This document shows, piece after piece, positions 60,781 through 64,000 of a stretch of DNA of 64,000 nucleotides (its first letter is position 1; every line of letters begins with the position of its first letter). A model generated the notes under the pieces. That model searched no databases. It was not told where the DNA came from and saw nothing but the letters and a program-made list of their open reading frames with translations. The DNA is taken from positions 238,142,001 to 238,206,000 of the forward strand of contig OZ024742.1 of the NCBI GenBank assembly GCA_964016885.1, written 5' to 3'. Source of the DNA: Eledone cirrhosa (taxonomy: Eukaryota). A program made the translations under genes and the position numbers.

Positions 60781-61175
60781 TACTAGCCGAATTAACCGCG
60801 CCTAGCTGCGTTTCACATTTTTTTTTTTTTTTTTTGTAAGAAAATGATGATTCATTTTAAATCAGTGATATAATTTATGGAGAAAAACTCCATTGGGGTG
60901 TCTTAATATTATTGAAATTTGCTGAAATTTTGTGACTAGGCATCATATCTTGTCATTTACCTATGGTTTAAATTTCATATACATCGAAAGGAAAATATTT
61001 TCAGCGGGGGTTTGTGCCCCCGGGGAACCCTTTGATTAAAATGAAATATATTTATCCAAGTACACCGGGCAATGTAGTTTCAGAATATATATGGTTATGG
61101 GGGTCTATCTCCAAAACCATAGGAGGAGTTCGTGAACAAACAAACAGACAGGAACTGCAACTTTATACATATATA
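60781..61175. mobile_element. Non-autonomous Helitron/Helentron-like (HINE-type) element
   Basis: Begins TACTAG..CCGCGC hairpin-like, ends ACAAACAAACAGACAG..ACTTTATA; general resemblance only. Confidence 0.45.
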
Positions 61176-61179
61176 TTGT

Positions 61180-61367
61180 AATAATTGTTTCTACTTTAGG
61201 CACAAGGCCAGCAATTACCCAGTGCATTACTGGTACTTTATTTACGATCTGAGTTTAAATCCCGCCGAGGTTGACTTTGCTTTTCATCCTTACGGGGTCG
61301 ATAAAATAAAGTACCAGTAATGCACTGGGTAATTGCTGGCCTTGTGCTTAAAGTAGAGACAATTATT
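61180..61367. mobile_element. SINE with inverted duplicated tail
   Basis: 61180-61243 is the antisense tail; 61246-61367 is the sense 3' half. Confidence 0.85.
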
Positions 61368-62193
61368 AATATTCGAAAAACTCAGATTACATTTATTGTA
61401 TTCAGCCACGTAGAGCTGAATATATATGAATGAATGAATGTTATTTTGCACGAGTAATAACACGTTTTATCTCTCCTGTGATATATATTTGGTTATTATT
61501 TTCGTGTTTTTCTTCTGGCATATGAGAATAGCTGATACGGATTGATGCGTTGAAAGTGTATTTATGCTAACAAATGAACTTCATCGGCATAAAACAAATC
61601 ACCAACTATGACGTCAATAGGGAAATATCTAAACAAGAATATCGTTGTGTCTGCTTCATCGATTAAAAGTATCTGCTTAATAAGATCTTTCATAATGAAT
61701 CAAATTGTCATTGTTTGTTTGTTGTTTTTATTTCTCGAGAGAAACAAATTTGTGAGATCATTAAGAGTGTTAAATAGAGTATTATTGATTTTATTTTCCA
61801 TTGGCTTAACAACACTACTGATTTATAGTCTAAATATTGGGATGTGGTATTCATGCCTTTCCCATGGCTATATGATCTTTCATAATGAGTCAAATTATCA
61901 TTTGCGAGTGTTTTTCTAATTTCTCAATCTAAACCAAGTTCTGAGTGTTAAAGTAATATTGAATTTATTTTCCACTTGGCTTAATGATATCCTTGATTTA
62001 TAGACTGAATCTGATGCTGTGATGTTGTGGCATTCAAGTCTTTTCCATGATCGATAAGATCGTTCATTGTTAAGCCAAGTGAAAAATAATAACAATAATA
62101 CAATATTAACGATGGTGATAAATAGAAGTGGTACTAACATAGCCTGGTTCATCATAGAGGTGTATATGAAAGCATTTACGCTATATCTATGTA

Positions 62194-62385
62194 TAATTGT
62201 TTCTACTTTTGGCACAAGGCCAGCAATTACCCCAGCGCATTACTGCTGCTTTATTTTATCGACCCCGTAAGGATGAAAGGCAAAGTTAACCTCGGCGGGA
62301 TTTGAACTTAGAACATAAAGGGCCATAACTCTATGCAGCAAAGCATGGTGTCTGACGCTCTACTGATACTACCAATCCGCCGCCC
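62194..62385 (-). mobile_element. SINE (main family) with TSD
   Basis: TATCTRTGTATAAT on both flanks. Confidence 0.88.
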
Positions 62386-62718
62386 TTATCTGTGTATAAT
62401 AAACATACGAAAGTTTCGTCAGGAATTCTTTTAAAGCTGTGATCATGCCACAGTATCACAGTAGTGGCGAGAATACCAGGCAGCTGTTTATGGAATTTTA
62501 GCCATCATTGGTGACATTCATTCGTTCATAACTGAGACAAAATTAAGCTAAAGCCTAAATGATTTTTGTATTAATGATGTCACAAGTTCGTTTAGGTTTA
62601 GAAATTTTATAAAACAATAATGACAGCGTAATTCGTTATGGAAGCTCTCGTTACCACAGGAAACAATTGAATGTCCCAACGTCACATTCACATAATATAA
62701 TATTATTAAGCCAAGGAT

Positions 62719-62842
62719 ACGGTCTGAGTTCGAATCCCGCTGAGGTTAACTCTGCCTTTCAGCCTTACAGGGTCGATAAAATAAAGCACCAGTAATGCAC
62801 TGAGATAATTGCTGGCCTTGTGCCAAAAGTAGAAACAATTAT
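62719..62842 (+). mobile_element. SINE (main family), 5'-truncated with TSD
   Basis: TTATTAAGCCAAGGA on both flanks. Confidence 0.88.
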
Positions 62843-63499
62843 TAAGCCAAGGAAAAAATATCAATATCTAACACATTTGTTTCTCACAAGAAATTAAAAG
62901 AAAACATTGATTCACCATAAAAGATCTTGTGACCATGTGAAAAGCATGAACATCACAATCAGTGCTATTTAACCAATTTTGAAATAAATCCAATATTATT
63001 ATATTTAAGATTCTTAAAGAACTAACAACTTTTTTTTCGATTGAGATTTTTTTTTTTTTTTTTGCTAATTATAATTTAATTCAATATACCATGAAAGCTC
63101 TTATGAACATAGGAAATGCATGTATACCAAAACATATTCAGAGAAAAATAGATAGTGTTAGTCCAAGTGTAAAATTATCTAATATTACTCTAATAATCTT
63201 AATGATCTAACGGTTTTGTTTAGATTGGGAAATTGGACGCAGTTTGGCAGAATTGTTAAGAATTTTTAAGAATTGTTAAGAATTGTTAAGAATTGTTAAG
63301 AAGTTCGCTTTGCAATCATTAGATCCCTGTTTAGAACCGTAAGAGAATGCCTCTGTCATAATAATGGAAAGCATGGCAACAAAAAATGGAGAAAGGCGTA
63401 GGAGCAGGAATATCACCTTGTTTTACCTCGTTGTCAATTGGGATTTCCCCAGATAGTTTATCGTTGAAGCTTTCATAATTCTGTGCAGCTGCTTTAGTA

Positions 63500-64000
63500 T
63501 ACTCACAAACTTGGGTGGATATCTTACTTTTCCAAGTATTATCCAGAGTGCATCTCTGTTAACTGTGTCAAAAGCCTTCATTAGGTCGACAAAGACTGGA
63601 TATAGAGGGTCACACTGCTCAATACATTTTAGAGAAAATCATGCCAACTGTTCCCCTTCCTCCTCTAAAAACACTCTATAATTCTGGGATAGCTATAGGA
63701 TAGATACCCTCCTCCAGTTTATTGGGCAAAAGTCTTGCGATACCCTTGCCAACAACTTCCAACAAAGTGATACCACAGTGGTTGCCACATATCGATTTTT
63801 CGCCTAATGATAACCAAATACTGTTGATCCAGTCCTGCGGAACGGGTTCCCATTCCAGCAATCAGTGATGAAGTTGTTTATCGCTTCCATTACATTATCA
63901 CTACCGACTTTCAGCAGTTCGACTGGGATACCATCAGGACCTGGTGCCTTTCCAGAGTTGACCTGCTTGACTACCAGCTTTATTTCATCAGCAGACAGAA
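63500..64000 (-). pseudogene. RTE-like LINE RT fragment running off the window edge
   Basis: SGKAPGPDGIPVELLK..VPQDW..CGNHCGITLLEVVGK..FVDLMKAFDTVNR. Confidence 0.85.

Overview
AT-rich eukaryotic intergenic or intronic DNA with no confidently identifiable host gene. The repeat content suggests an Octopus-like coleoid cephalopod (inference). The window consists of (TA)n/(CA)n/(GA)n microsatellites, about 20 copies or fragments of one tRNA-derived SINE plus older SINEs, decayed LINE fragments (RTE, CR1/L2, CRE and R4-like), a few MITE/Helitron-like pieces, and several decayed Penelope-like elements (PLEs; GIY-YIG endonuclease and RT remnants). Almost all ORFs in the supplied track are microsatellite translations. 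The main signal is a population of short non-coding elements embedded in (TA)n arrays. They carry type I hammerhead ribozymes (HHRs): about 9 loci have intact CUGANGA and GAAA cores and several more are degenerate, spread over at least 10 unrelated sequence families. Most are arranged as fold-back inverted duplications whose arms end at internal TA/TAT microhomologies. Two of them (17151-17983 and 45325-46069) can be reassembled into closed, circularly permuted monomers of 481 and 479 nt with one ribozyme each. This is the pattern expected of retrozyme-like circular or multimeric RNAs mobilised by PLE machinery. All folds were paired by eye, and no searches or experiments were run.
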